This document shows positions 30,782 through 42,010 of a stretch of DNA of 64,000 nucleotides, in pieces (the first letter of the stretch is position 1; the number at the start of each line of letters is the position of its first letter). The translations under genes and the position numbers were made by a program. Below the pieces are notes generated by a model. It did not search any database and had not been told where the DNA came from. It was given only the letters and a program-made list of their open reading frames with translations. The DNA is taken from contig CAVVYZ010000009.1 of the NCBI GenBank assembly GCA_963752595.1, forward strand, positions 160,001-224,000, read 5' to 3'. Source of the stretch: an uncultured delta proteobacterium (GTDB lineage: Bacteria > Desulfobacterota > Desulfomonilia > UBA1062).

Positions 30782-32257
30782 GTGCAAAGACATTCTTTCC
30801 GCATGATTGGGAGGATCATAGCTCTTGCCTTATGTTTCTGCGCCTGTTCCCTTCACGACGCCTGGTCAGCAGGCCCCCTCATATCGCAGGATATAACGGG
30901 GACCGCTCAATCTCTCGCCGGGTCCCAGGCCGATCAGGAAGGGCTCCGCAATGCTATCATCAAGATCGCCAAGGAAAGCATCCCTGCAGTAGTCCACATC
31001 GAAGTGACGCAGAGCGAGGTGGTGGAGAACCCTTCACTGCAATTCCAGAATGATCCCTTCTTCAGGCGCTTTTTCGATATTCCCGATACCCCGAGAAAGT
31101 TCAGGAGGGAGATGAAGGGCATCGGGACAGGCATGATCATCAATGACAAAGGCTTCATCCTCACGAATAATCACGTGGTGGCCGGAGCGACACAGATACA
31201 GGTGGCGCTGTCCGACGGGAGCGAGTATCCGGCAAAGGTGATTGGGACAGATCCGAAGACGGACCTTGCTGTGGTAAAGATCGATGCAAAGGGCACGCTT
31301 TCCTATGTGACTTTCGGCGATTCAGACAAAGTGCAGGTGGGCGAGTGGGTAGTCGCCATAGGCCAACCCCAGGGGTTGAACGAGAGTGTGTCCCAGGGCA
31401 TCATCAGCGCCCTGCACAGGCAGGGGATAATGGATCCGAACACCTACCAAGACTTTCTCCAGACCGATGCCGCCATCAATCCGGGCAACAGCGGCGGTCC
31501 GCTGATCAATCTTGACGGCAAGGTCATCGGGATCAACTCCATCATTGCTTCCCAGTCAGGCGGCTTCGAGGGGATCGGGTTCGCCATACCGAGCAATACA
31601 GCCGTCCATATCGCCAACGCCCTGATGACGACCGGCAAGGTGGTGCGGGGGTGGGTGGGGCTGACGGTCCAGGATATCACGTATCAGGAGATGAAGAAGC
31701 TCGGGCTCTCTTCGAAAAGGGGCGCTCTCGTTAGGGATGTTATGAAGGGAGGGCCTGCCGATAAGACAGGGATCAAACCGGGAGACGTGATCGCAAGCTA
31801 TGACGGGAAAGAGGTCCCGGATTCGGGCATGTTGAGAAACCTGGCTGCAAGCACCCCTGTCGGGAAGAATGTGAGCCTCGGCATCTTGCGGAACGGAAAA
31901 ACGTCGACCGTCCCGCTCAAGGTGGGGAACCTCGAAGATGCTTCCAGGATGATGGCCGCCCAGGTGAAAGACAAGCTCGGGGCCGACGTCCGGCCGGTCA
32001 ATGCAGCCGAAAGGGACAGATACAACCTGAATGAGGATCAGGGTGCGGCAATAGCCGGGCTTGACCCGAAAGGCCCCCTGGCAAAAAAAGGATTCGAGAA
32101 AGACGACATCATCCTGATGATAGACAGGCAGCCGATAGAAGGCATGGAGCAATTCGTGTCAATGGTGGCCGACCTCAAATCCGACCAGACGGTCACGATC
32201 TTTGCCATAGACCATAAAATCGGCCGGGCAGGATATGTCCGGGTGAATGTTCGGTAA
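30782..32257 (+). CDS. degP: Do/DegQ-family periplasmic serine protease with two PDZ domains
   Basis: TNNHVV, D.KTDLAV, QTDAAINPGNSGGPL; GTG start behind GGAGG. Confidence 0.92.
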   Translation: MQRHSFRMIGRIIALALCFCACSLHDAWSAGPLISQDITGTAQSLAGSQADQEGLRNAIIKIAKESIPAVVHIEVTQSEVVENPSLQFQNDPFFRRFFDIPDTPRKFRREMKGIGTGMIINDKGFILTNNHVVAGATQIQVALSDGSEYPAKVIGTDPKTDLAVVKIDAKGTLSYVTFGDSDKVQVGEWVVAIGQPQGLNESVSQGIISALHRQGIMDPNTYQDFLQTDAAINPGNSGGPLINLDGKVIGINSIIASQSGGFEGIGFAIPSNTAVHIANALMTTGKVVRGWVGLTVQDITYQEMKKLGLSSKRGALVRDVMKGGPADKTGIKPGDVIASYDGKEVPDSGMLRNLAASTPVGKNVSLGILRNGKTSTVPLKVGNLEDASRMMAAQVKDKLGADVRPVNAAERDRYNLNEDQGAAIAGLDPKGPLAKKGFEKDDIILMIDRQPIEGMEQFVSMVADLKSDQTVTIFAIDHKIGRAGYVRVNVR

Positions 32258-32271
32258 GGAGGATCAAAGGT

Positions 32272-32676
32272 ATGAGAACAAAAGCCATTCTCTGGATGGG
32301 GATATTCATATTGGGGTTTTCATTCATATTCGCAGGATGTGCGGCGATGAAAAGAAGTGAGGCAGCCCATACGGAAGACGTCCTCATTGCTGCCGGCTTT
32401 ACCAGCAAGGAGCCCAATTCGCCCGAGGCCTGGGACAAGTTCAAAAGCCTGAAGCCTCTCAAGGTTATCAAGACAAAGAAAGACGGGCAGGTCATCTATG
32501 TGTATCCCGACCCATACAACTGCAAGTGCGTTTATGTGGGAAACGAAAAGCAGTATGTGGAATTCAAGCGCCTTGCCCTGCAGAAACAGATCGCAGATGA
32601 GAACCTCCGGGCCGCCCAAATGTGGGAAACCGGGCCGCCTTGGGGTGGGCCTTGGGGTGGGCCTTGGTGGTGGTAA
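32272..32676 (+). CDS. lipoprotein of unknown function with C-terminal GPW repeats
   Basis: lipobox FAGC, L.AAGF, YVYPDP..C.C.YVG, tail GPPWGGPWGGPWWW. Confidence 0.75.
   Translation: MRTKAILWMGIFILGFSFIFAGCAAMKRSEAAHTEDVLIAAGFTSKEPNSPEAWDKFKSLKPLKVIKTKKDGQVIYVYPDPYNCKCVYVGNEKQYVEFKRLALQKQIADENLRAAQMWETGPPWGGPWGGPWWW
32633..32667 (+). repeat. 12-bp tandem repeat (CCTTGGGGTGGG) encoding PWGG
   Basis: about 2.5 copies read directly. Confidence 0.8.
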
Positions 32677-32857
32677 GGCGATCCTGAAGAGGTCGGTCAA
32701 TACCGAGGGGACCTTTTGCTCATCCCTCTCATTGTTACAGGGTACTATATAGATACTCTTCACAAAAGTTTATCAGGTGAGAGGAAGCAGATCCATATCC
32801 ACGTATCAGCTCCTATTCAAAGGATTTCTTGAGAGTTATCAGGATCATCGGACGTGT

Positions 32858-33124
32858 TCATTGCCGGAGGGAAGAGTTTCTATTTCTTTTAAGTATTTCT
32901 TCAGCAAACCTATTGTAATGCACACCAAAATGATGTCCTCCTTTCAGCTCAATAACCTGTGCGAGCCCTTGCGAAAGGCCGGGGCAGAGCGATCCATATT
33001 CTTCCGAACCATGGATGCAGAGGATCTTCTTGCCTTTCAGTTTTTCCACCTCGGGAAGCACCGGTGAACCACCTTCGCCTTCTCTCAGGCCGAGTATATC
33101 CCGCAGATGAATTCTGGAGTCCAT
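32858..33124 (-). pseudogene. AcvB/VirJ-family lysyl-PG hydrolase C-terminal relic
   Basis: PVLPEV.KL....LCIHG.EE..SLCP.......L.GGHHF...Y...A..IL; N-terminal part missing. Confidence 0.75.
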
Positions 33125-33399
33125 GGTAATCTCCGGGCCGATGAGAACAACCTGTCTCTTTCTTAAGGATTGTTCTAGCCTGAGTGTTGAGATCGATCAT
33201 CATGGGAATATCTACAATTTTAAAAAGACCTGAAAAATATAAAAACATCCGGAACAGAGAGAAAATGATCTTCAACCCAGAAATCAAAGGATTTTCTGGG
33301 AGACCGGACAGGTTTGAATGAATAAAATCCTCCGAAGGCATATCCGCTTCAACATGCCCCAATGAATCGGCATGAATAAACGGGTTATCGAGGTGAACC

Positions 33400-34260
33400 A
33401 TGAATACGCTCAAGACATTTCTCCTCATGCTCGGTTTGACCTTCCTTCTCATGGCCATCGGCAACATCCTCGGCGGCAGGCAGGGCATGGTCATCGCCCT
33501 TGTCTTTGCAGGGATCATGAACTTCGCATCCTACTGGTTCTCCGACAAGATCGTGTTGAGCATGTACCGGGCCAAGGAAATCAAAGAGGCCGATAATCCC
33601 GAGTTGTATTCGATCGTGAATAATCTCGCCGGCGCCGATCATATGCCCATGCCCAGGCTGTATCTAGTGGATACGCCCATGCCGAATGCATTCGCCACCG
33701 GCAGGAACCCGCAGCATGCGGCCGTGGCCGTGACTACAGGAATTATGGGCCTGCTGAACAGCAGAGAGCTGGGTGGTGTCATAGGCCACGAGCTTTCCCA
33801 CGTAAAGGACAGGGATGTGCTGATATCGACCATTGCCGCCACCATTGCAGGAGCAATCTTCATGCTCGCCAGGATGGCCCAGTTCGCCGCCATGTTCGGC
33901 GGGATGGGCCGCGATCGCGAAAACAGGGGAGGAACCATCGGCATGCTGGCCGTGGCCATCATCGCCCCCCTTGCAGCTATGATCATCCAGCTGGCCATCT
34001 CCAGGTCGAGGGAATACCAGGCAGACCTGGAAGGTGCACGGCTGACAAAAGACCCCACGGCCCTGGCAGATGCACTGCAGAAGCTCGTAGCCGGCGTAAA
34101 ACAGAATCCTGCAGATGTGAATCCTGTGACGGCACCTCTGTTCATCGTAAATCCCCTCAAGGGACAGTTCCTTTCAACCCTGTTCTCGACCCACCCTCCC
34201 ATCCAGGAAAGGGTCAGGCGTCTGGAGGAGATGGCTCACGGGAGCATCGTACCGGGATGA
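33400..34260 (+). CDS. htpX: membrane zinc metalloprotease
   Basis: [36 protein letters not shown]. Confidence 0.95.
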   Translation: MNTLKTFLLMLGLTFLLMAIGNILGGRQGMVIALVFAGIMNFASYWFSDKIVLSMYRAKEIKEADNPELYSIVNNLAGADHMPMPRLYLVDTPMPNAFATGRNPQHAAVAVTTGIMGLLNSRELGGVIGHELSHVKDRDVLISTIAATIAGAIFMLARMAQFAAMFGGMGRDRENRGGTIGMLAVAIIAPLAAMIIQLAISRSREYQADLEGARLTKDPTALADALQKLVAGVKQNPADVNPVTAPLFIVNPLKGQFLSTLFSTHPPIQERVRRLEEMAHGSIVPG

Positions 34261-34285
34261 TGCGCTTTCTTGATGTGGTGAATCC

Positions 34286-35072
34286 ATGAAAAGGTCTTTT
34301 TCGGGATATGTTCTTCCCCTCTGTCTTCGTACAGCAGGATGTGTCCTTTTCTGCATAGTCATCAGCACTGGAGCCCGAGCCGGGCCGCCCTTCCTTACCG
34401 ATGATCCCGAACCGGTTGATTACCGGCATTTCGAGGCATATCTCTTTTCCACCATCAACAAGACCAGGGATGACAGATCCATGCAGATCCCGGGACTCGA
34501 GTTCAACTGGGGTGTCTATCCAGAGGTTCAGTTCCATACGGTCGTACCTCTCACGCTTGACTCGCCTTCCGGGGGATCGAACCAGTACGGGCCCGGAGAT
34601 ATCGAGGTGGGGATCAAGCATCGATTTGTCGATGAATCGAGATATCTGCCACAGATAGGTATCTTCCCCATGATAGAGCTTCCTTCAGGGAATGAAGACA
34701 GGGGCCTGGGAAACGGGAAGGCCCGGGAAAGGCTTCCTCTGTGGATTCAGAAGAGCTGGGGACCATGGACGACGTACGGGGGTGGAGGCTATGCAATAAA
34801 CCCTGCGCCGGAACAGCGAAACTACGGGTTCGGCGGGTGGCTTTTGCAGCGCGATATCGGTGAGCTCCTCACCCTGGGAGGCGAGCTGTTTCTCCAGGGC
34901 GCCACCAGTGACGGGGGGGCAATCAACCGGCATCCTCGATCTCGGCGGATATTACAAGTTCACCCCGGGCTTCAACCTCCTTTTCTCAGGCGGAAGCAGC
35001 GTGTCAGGGGAGAGTCATACGGTGGGATACCTGGGTCTTTACTGGACATGGGGACCTCCGGGACCGCCATGA
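34286..35072 (+). CDS. putative outer-membrane beta-barrel ('transporter'); frameshift in the G-run at 34913-34919
   Basis: AGPPF.TDDPEPV, GDIEVG.K.RF, alternating aromatic strands; C-terminus YLGLYWTW lies in ORF 34860..35072. Confidence 0.65.
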
Positions 35073-35103
35073 AAGGATATGTTTTAAATATGGAGGCATC
35101 TTC

Positions 35104-35901
35104 ATGAAGAGATATTTTATCCATATTCCGGGCTGTTTCCTGATCATGATCCTGTTCAGCGCATGCGCATCCTCCAGGCCCATGCCTCTCCCTGCCGATT
35201 TCTGGAACAGGGAGAGGCTGAACATCGGGGTAGTCCTGGGCAAGGCATCCGAGCCGAAGGTAAAAACCGGTCCATCCATCTTCGGTCATCCACTGCCCTA
35301 TGGTGAAATGCTCACCGGAGGAGATGCAGGGTATGATGAGGGCGGAGAGTTCAGCGATCAGGGAGGAATGCAAAGCAAGTATGGGGTGCAGGGAGAGCAG
35401 CTCGAGAAACTGCAGTACGGCAGTTCTGAAAAGGGCTATCCAAAACCTCCCTCTGAGACAGGCACCCTGGAAGAGAATCTCCATGCCATGGGTGCGGGAC
35501 TGCTCATGTCCGTCCAGGAGCACTTCGTAAAGAGGCTTGCTCATACCGGATGGCATGTGGTGCCCCTCCAGGGTTCCATAGGAGATGATTATCACCATGC
35601 TGATGGTCTCCAGGGATATGATGCACTCATCATCATTGACTGCGACTGGTACGGTGTACACTGCCGCACCAAAGCCGGCAGCCGCACCCCCACCTTTGTA
35701 CGTGCAGACATGCATGCACGGATGATCGATCTCAAGTCGGACAGGGTTCTCTGGCAGAGCCCCCGAAAGAAGGCAGGAAATCCGGTTTCCTGCCCGTGCG
35801 ATGATCCGGGTTGTTTCCCTGTCGTCCGCAGCGCCCTACAGAAGTCGGTCAATCGTGCAGGGAATGCCCTGCTTGCCGACCTCTTCATGAACCGCCCGTG
35901 A
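35104..35901 (+). CDS. hypothetical lipoprotein
   Basis: GGAGG RBS, lipobox FSAC, long ORF. Confidence 0.6.
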   Translation: MKRYFIHIPGCFLIMILFSACASSRPMPLPADFWNRERLNIGVVLGKASEPKVKTGPSIFGHPLPYGEMLTGGDAGYDEGGEFSDQGGMQSKYGVQGEQLEKLQYGSSEKGYPKPPSETGTLEENLHAMGAGLLMSVQEHFVKRLAHTGWHVVPLQGSIGDDYHHADGLQGYDALIIIDCDWYGVHCRTKAGSRTPTFVRADMHARMIDLKSDRVLWQSPRKKAGNPVSCPCDDPGCFPVVRSALQKSVNRAGNALLADLFMNRP

Positions 35902-35940
35902 ATTGTTGCAGCAGTATCCCTGATTCTTGAACAGCTGCGA

Positions 35941-38900
35941 TCACGAAGGTGCCTTGCCGGTTTTCCGCCGCTCGCTCAAACGCTCGATGGCTACGAAGAA
36001 TACCGGAACGAACGGGATGGCCAGGAGCGTGGAGGCGAGCATGCCGCCGAAGACAACCGTGCCGATCGCTCGCTGGCTGGCCGAGCCCGCTCCGGAGGCG
36101 ACCACGAGCGGCACCACGCCCAGGATGAAGGCGAACGAGGTCATGACGATGGGGCGGAACCGGCGGCGCGTCGCCTCGACGGCAGCCTCGGTGATGCACA
36201 TACCGCTATTGAGCATGTCGCGGGCGAACTCCACGATGAGGATGGCGTTCTTGCTCGCCAGGGCTATCATCAGCACCAGGCCCACCTGGGTGTAGAGATT
36301 GTTGTCGTATCCCCGGATGATGAGGGCCAGGAGCACCCCCACCAGTGCCATAGGCACCACCAGTATCACGGCCGCAGGAGAGGTCCAGCTTTCGTACAGG
36401 GCGGCAAGCACCAGGTACACGAAGATGATGGAGATGGCATAGATGAGATACGCCTGGGCGCCCACCTTCTTTTCCTGATAGCTCGTGGAAGTCCATTCAT
36501 AGGACATACCCTCGGGCAGGGTGCGGTTCGCGATCTGCTCCATCATTTTCAAGGCCTGGCCGGAGCTGAATCCGGGTGCGGCCGATCCGATGACTGGTGC
36601 AGCCGGGTAGAGATTGTATCGGGTGATCAGGTCTGCACCCTTGGCCGATTTGATATCGATCATCGTGCTCGAGGGGACCATCTCGGCCGCCAGGTTGCGG
36701 GTATACAGGTTCTGATGTCTTCGGGCAGCATGCGGTAGTGCTCGTCGGCCTGGATGTACACCTGAAACACCTGGTTGAACTTATTGAACAGGTTGACAAA
36801 CGAGGAACCGAGATAGGACTGAAGGTATCGAAGATATTCGAGAGCGGGACCTGCATAGCCTCGGCCTTGGTCCTGTCGATATCCAGGTAGAGCTGGGGAC
36901 TGCAGGCATTGAATGTGGTGGTGAGGCCCTTGAGATCGGGATTGGAATTCCCTGTCTGCGATGATCTCTTCAGCTGACCTGCTGGAGCTCTCGAGCCCGA
37001 GGCCGCCGCGGTCTTCCACCATCATCTGAAACCCGCCGGTCGTCCCCAGCCCCCGGATCGGCGGCGGGATGACCATGAAGGCCTGCGCTTCCTCGATTCC
37101 GGAAAGCTCGCGGTTGATGCTTGCAACGATCTTGTCCTGGCTCAAGGCGGCGCCGCGCTCTTTCCAATCCTTGTACACGACAAAGGTCGTCGCGATAGTG
37201 GGGATATTGGCCCCGTCCAGGATCGAAAGGCCGCCAATGAGCACCCAGCCATCGACCCCGGGGGTCTTTTTCGAGGATGGCGTTGATTCTGTCCGTCACC
37301 TCCTTGAGCCGTGGCTGGGAAGCCCCGGGAGCCACCGGTGAGATCAGCATGCCGAACCCCTGGTCCTCGGTGGGAAGAAATCCTGTCGGCCTGTTCAGGA
37401 ACACCATGAATGCCGCGGCGATGATGACGGCGAAGATGATGACGAACAGGACAGGCCTCTTTACCATCCGGGTGACGACCCCCATATAGGTATCGGTCAT
37501 ACCCTTGAAGGCACGGTCAAACCCCCTGTGGAACCGGTTGGGGGGCTTGTCCCCGCGGGGCTTGAGCCAGAGAGCGCACTGGACGGGGTTCAGGGTGAGC
37601 GCATTGATGCCGCTGATCACCGATGTGGCGGCGATGATCAGTGCAAACTGCCGGAAGATCAGCCCGGAAATACCGGGCAGGAACGCTGCGGGCAGGAAGA
37701 CCGAGACCAGGGCCAGCATGATCCCCAGCACCGGGCCGGTCAGCTCCTGCATGGCCTTTATGGCAGCATCTTTCGGAGCGAGCCCTTTTTCGATGTAGTA
37801 CGAGCTGTTCTCCACGATTACAATCGCATCGTCCACCACGATGCCGATGGCCAGGACCAGTGCGAACAGGGTCATCAGGTTGATGGTGAACCCGAGCGCG
37901 GCTATGGCGATGAAGGCGCCGACGATAGTGACCGGCACGGTGATGGCAGGGGACAGCATGGCACGGAAGTTCTGCAGGAACAGGAAGACCACGACGAGCA
38001 CGAGGGTGCCTGCAATGATCAGGGTTTTGAATACGCTGGAGATAGCCTGGCGCACGAACCTGGTGGTATCGTAGCGGATGGAATATTTCAGGCCAGGGGG
38101 GAATTTCTTGTTCATTTCGTCCATGGCTGCATAAACCCTGTCCGCCACGGCAATGGCGTTGGCCCCCGGCAGGGTGAGGACGATGATCTGGGAAGATTCG
38201 CGGCCGGTAAATTTCGAATACGTGCTGAAATTCTGCCGGCTCAAATCCACCCTGGCTATGTCGCGCAGCCGGACGATCTGCGGTGCAATCCCTGCTTCGG
38301 ATTTGACGATGATGTCTTCGAACTGGGCAGCATCGGAAAGCCGCCCGAGAGAGGTCAGCGTGAACTGGAAGGGCTGATTCCTGGGTACAGGCGGCGCGCC
38401 GAGCTGCCCGGCGACTACCTGGACGTTCTGGCCTTGGACGGCGCTCAGGACATCCGTTGTCGTGAGCCCGAAGGCCTGGAGCTTGTTCGGGTCGAGCCAG
38501 ACCCTCATGCTGTACGGCCCTGCACCGAAGACCCTCACCTGGCCGACACCGGTGAGCCGGGACAGGGGATTCTGCAGGTTGATCAGGCCGTAATTGGAGA
38601 GGAAACTCTCCTTGAAGCGGTTGTCATCGGAATAGAGGCTGATCACCAGCAGAAAATCCGGAGATACCTTCCTGACCGAGATCCCCTGCTCCTGGGCTCC
38701 TCCCGGAAGCTGGGCAAGTGCGGTGTTCACCAGGTTCTGTACGAGGGAGACCGCCGTATTGAGATTGGTACCGACATCGAAGGTGATCGTCAGGGTATAC
38801 GAGCCGTCGCTGCTGCTGGTGGATGACATGTAGATGGAGCCTTCGACTCCGTTCACGGCCTGTTCGATGGGAACGCCGATCGTCTTCGCCACCACATCTG

Positions 38901-39063
38901 CGCTCGCCCCCGGGTAGCGTGAGGTTACCTGGATGCTCGGGGGCACGATCTCGGGATACTGGGCCACAGGCAGCAATGAGAGGGATACCAGCCCGAGGAT
39001 CACCGTGATCAGCGCAATGACATTCGCCAGGATAGGCCGCTCGATGAAGAACCGTGAGATCAT
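35941..39063 (-). CDS. RND efflux permease (AcrB family); several frameshifts at 36.7-37.3 kb
   Basis: MISRFFIERPI, AIGIVVDDAIVIVEN, KNAILIVEFA, RFRPIVMTS across ORFs 36970..39063, 36660..37244, 36497..36856, 35941..36681. Confidence 0.92.
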
Positions 39064-40235
39064 GGCCTCGCCTCTGCGCTCCCGGAACTCCGGGGATCAG
39101 TTTCTCTAAATATGTACCTCACGGCTACAGGTGTGACCGGCTGCCCAGGTACGGCCTTCAGCATGCCCCTGACCACGACCCTCTCACGACCGGTCAGGCC
39201 TTCTTCTATGACCCTTAAGTAATTCACCTGGAACCCGGTCCTGACATTCCGGCGCTCCACGACATTCCGGTCGTCGACAATGAGGACGTATGACCCCAGC
39301 AGGTCGCTGCTTACCGAAGCATCGGGGACCAGCAGGGCATCCCGTGTCTGCACCGGCACATGCACACGAGAGTACATGCCCGGCAGGATGCGGCCGTCCG
39401 GGTTCGGGAAGATCCCTCTCATCAGCAGGGTGCCGGTCGTGGCATTGAAGCTGACAGAGGCGAAATCGATCAGGCCCTCATGGGGATAACCGGCTTCCCC
39501 GGAGACTCCGATAAACACCGGCCAGGGCGGATCGGCTGCCTGTCCTGTCAGGCCTCGCTCACGATTCATGAGGCGGCCGAAATCGGAATCGCTGATCGAA
39601 AAATACACCTCGATAGGGTCAATCCGGCTCACAACGGCAAGCACCGTATTTCCCCCTGCTCCCACCAGGTTGCCGGGATCCTGGAATTTCCGGTCGATCC
39701 TGCCGTCGAAAGGTGCAGCTATCTTTGTATAGTTCAGATTGTATCTGGCCAGGTCGAGATTCGCTTCTGCCGTCCTCAGATTGGCCCTTGCGGAATCCCT
39801 CTGGTACCGCCAGTTATCCACATCCGTCTTCGATGCTGCATTATGCGCCAGGAGGTCGGTATAGCGCTTCAGCTGCTTCCCGGCGTACGCCAGCTGGGCC
39901 TTCAATGACGACACCTGCCCTTGAGCCTGCCTTAAGCCCGCCAGGTACGTGTTCTGCTGGATGAGGAAGAGCGGCTGGCCCTTCCTGACCATTTGCCCGT
40001 CCTGAAAGAACACCTTGTCCAGATATCCGGGGACCCGTGCCACCAGCTGGACCGTTTTGGTGGCCTGGGTGTTGCCGGTAAGCCCCAGGTAGTCGGTTAC
40101 CTCGCGCCGCAAGGGCTGGGCCACCGTAACTTTCGGAGGAGGGGGCGACGGAGGGGGGGTTTTATTACAACCTGCAGGCAGCAGTATGAGGATCGCAAGC
40201 ATCACCGGAAGGACGATGTCCCGTAGCAGTTTCAT
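39060..40235 (-). CDS. RND periplasmic adaptor (MFP) lipoprotein
   Basis: lipobox PAGC, ARV.GYL, I.APFDGRI, TGT...R..FPN. Confidence 0.92.
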   Translation of the reverse strand: MKLLRDIVLPVMLAILILLPAGCNKTPPPSPPPPKVTVAQPLRREVTDYLGLTGNTQATKTVQLVARVPGYLDKVFFQDGQMVRKGQPLFLIQQNTYLAGLRQAQGQVSSLKAQLAYAGKQLKRYTDLLAHNAASKTDVDNWRYQRDSARANLRTAEANLDLARYNLNYTKIAAPFDGRIDRKFQDPGNLVGAGGNTVLAVVSRIDPIEVYFSISDSDFGRLMNRERGLTGQAADPPWPVFIGVSGEAGYPHEGLIDFASVSFNATTGTLLMRGIFPNPDGRILPGMYSRVHVPVQTRDALLVPDASVSSDLLGSYVLIVDDRNVVERRNVRTGFQVNYLRVIEEGLTGRERVVVRGMLKAVPGQPVTPVAVRYIFRETDPRSSGSAEARP

Positions 40236-40273
40236 AATGGTATACCTTTTTTCATCGTTTTTGCCTCTTTACG

Positions 40274-41848
40274 TTACCAGTCAGGGGACCGGATCGTGGA
40301 TTTTGGCTCCTGCCCGGCCGGAGGATTGTACGACGCCGGTTGGAGCAGCTTTCCCCAGTCGGTGCGGCCTGCCATCTCCTCTCTCACGGCAGGAGGCAGC
40401 AGATCGGTTCCTTCGCGGAACTCCCAGCCGCCGCCCAGTGCACGGTAGACGCCGACCAGGCTACGGGATATGCCGCCCATGGCAACGGCAAGATTGTCCT
40501 GCTCATTCAGCAGCGCCTGTTGTGCTATCAGGACTGTCGTGAAATCCTTGACTCCTTCCCGGTACTGCATGACCGCAAGATCGAGTGCACGTCCGGCCGA
40601 ATCAGTGCTTTTGGCGAGCAGGGCAGCCTGGTCCTGGGTTTTGAGAAAGGCTGCCAGATTGTCCTCCACCTCCTGCTGCGCCGAGAGGACCGTGTTCTGA
40701 TAACTTATGAGCAGCTCCTGGAACAGTGCATCCTGCAGCCGGATATTGTTCGTGACTTGACCGTAATTGAAGAGGCTCCACTGGAAAGAAGCCCCTGTAG
40801 AAGCGTTGCGGCTCGCCCATTGGAACATGTCGGAGAGCCTGTTCGTACGTACGTCGGTCGAGAGAAAACCGAACGTTCCCGAGAGCGAGAAGGCGGGATA
40901 GAGGTCTGCCTTTGCTACGCCGATCCGGGCGCTCTGAGCCTCTGCCCGGTATTCGGCACTCCGGATGTCGGGCCTGCGGCGCAGCAGATCACTGGGGATT
41001 CCAACGATGACCTGAGGCGGAGAGACAGGGATACCGGAAGGGCCTTTCAGAACATCTGAGAGGTCGTTCGGGGCCATTCCCAGAAGGACGCTCAAGGCAT
41101 GTTTTGCCTGCAGAAGCTGTGCTTCGAGGGAGGGGATGACCGCAAGGGTATCATTGAGAACTGTTCGGGCTTGCTCCACATCCAGCTGCGAGACTGTGCC
41201 GTACTTCAGACGGACTTGTACAATATTCAGGTTCTCCTGCTGGGTCTTCGCATTCTGCTGTGCGATCTCAATCCGCTTTTCAATGGTCCTGATCGCAATG
41301 TAGGAACCGGCCACATCGGCTGTCAGGGTTATCAGGGCATTGTCGTAATCGGCACGTGTGGCCTGCCAATTTGCATCCGCAGATTCAACCATCCGCCTGA
41401 ATCTGCCCCAGAAATCGAGCTCCCAGGCTGCATTCACCCCGATCTCCGACTGGGTGTAATGGTACGGGGGTTGGGCTATGAGTGCGTGCTCACTTTGCCG
41501 GTTGTACCGCAATGAACCCGTTGCCTGCTGAGTCCGGGGGTAGAGCTCTCCTATGGCAATGCCGAGCTGTGCCCTGGCCTCCAGCACCCGGACTCCGGCA
41601 ATCCTTAAATTCAGGTTCTCCCGGTATGCACGGTCGATGAGGCGGCTTAAGACCGGGTCGTTGAACGCTTTCCACCAGGTGCGGAAATCTGCAGGCGCGC
41701 TCTTCACCCGCTGGTCTCCTGCCTCCATCCAGTCCTTTGAAACCATAGCATCGGGCAGGTGGAAGTCGGGTCCGACCATGCAACCCGTGAATATTATGCC
41801 CATGCCCGCTGAAATGCAGATAGCAATCAGAAGCGACAAGCGTGCCAT
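40274..41848 (-). CDS. RND outer-membrane factor lipoprotein (NodT/OprM family)
   Basis: GCMVGPDF, WW..FNDP.L, WELDFWGR, LLRRRPDIR, YRALGGGW. Confidence 0.93.
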   Translation of the reverse strand: MARLSLLIAICISAGMGIIFTGCMVGPDFHLPDAMVSKDWMEAGDQRVKSAPADFRTWWKAFNDPVLSRLIDRAYRENLNLRIAGVRVLEARAQLGIAIGELYPRTQQATGSLRYNRQSEHALIAQPPYHYTQSEIGVNAAWELDFWGRFRRMVESADANWQATRADYDNALITLTADVAGSYIAIRTIEKRIEIAQQNAKTQQENLNIVQVRLKYGTVSQLDVEQARTVLNDTLAVIPSLEAQLLQAKHALSVLLGMAPNDLSDVLKGPSGIPVSPPQVIVGIPSDLLRRRPDIRSAEYRAEAQSARIGVAKADLYPAFSLSGTFGFLSTDVRTNRLSDMFQWASRNASTGASFQWSLFNYGQVTNNIRLQDALFQELLISYQNTVLSAQQEVEDNLAAFLKTQDQAALLAKSTDSAGRALDLAVMQYREGVKDFTTVLIAQQALLNEQDNLAVAMGGISRSLVGVYRALGGGWEFREGTDLLPPAVREEMAGRTDWGKLLQPASYNPPAGQEPKSTIRSPDW

Positions 41849-41922
41849 GTCCCTGCCCTTAAGGATTCATCAATACTGATTATATGGTGGTGACAAATGA
41901 TATCAAACAGAGGTGGCTCTGC

Positions 41923-41997
41923 ATGATTTAGTTGACCATGTAGGCTCAAACCTATGGCCCACTGATTAAGGTAAGTTGCTCTACCTGTTGAGCTAAT
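41923..41997 (-). repeat. decayed copy of tRNA-Lys(CTT), positions ~6-76; distal att-like boundary of the island
   Basis: aligns to ~51273-51349; 24/24 identity at 41974-41997 vs 51326-51349, remainder has substitutions and two 1-nt deletions. Confidence 0.88.
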
Positions 41998-42010
41998 TTT
42001 TCAATTCAAG

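Noticed and set aside
34913-34919. G7 tract as a phase-variation switch in the barrel gene
   Set aside because: A short homopolymer in an indel-prone assembly; error is more likely
37528-38826. Long antisense ORFs (also 49070..50227 and 29506..30351)
   Set aside because: Antisense shadows of GC-rich genes with strong codon bias
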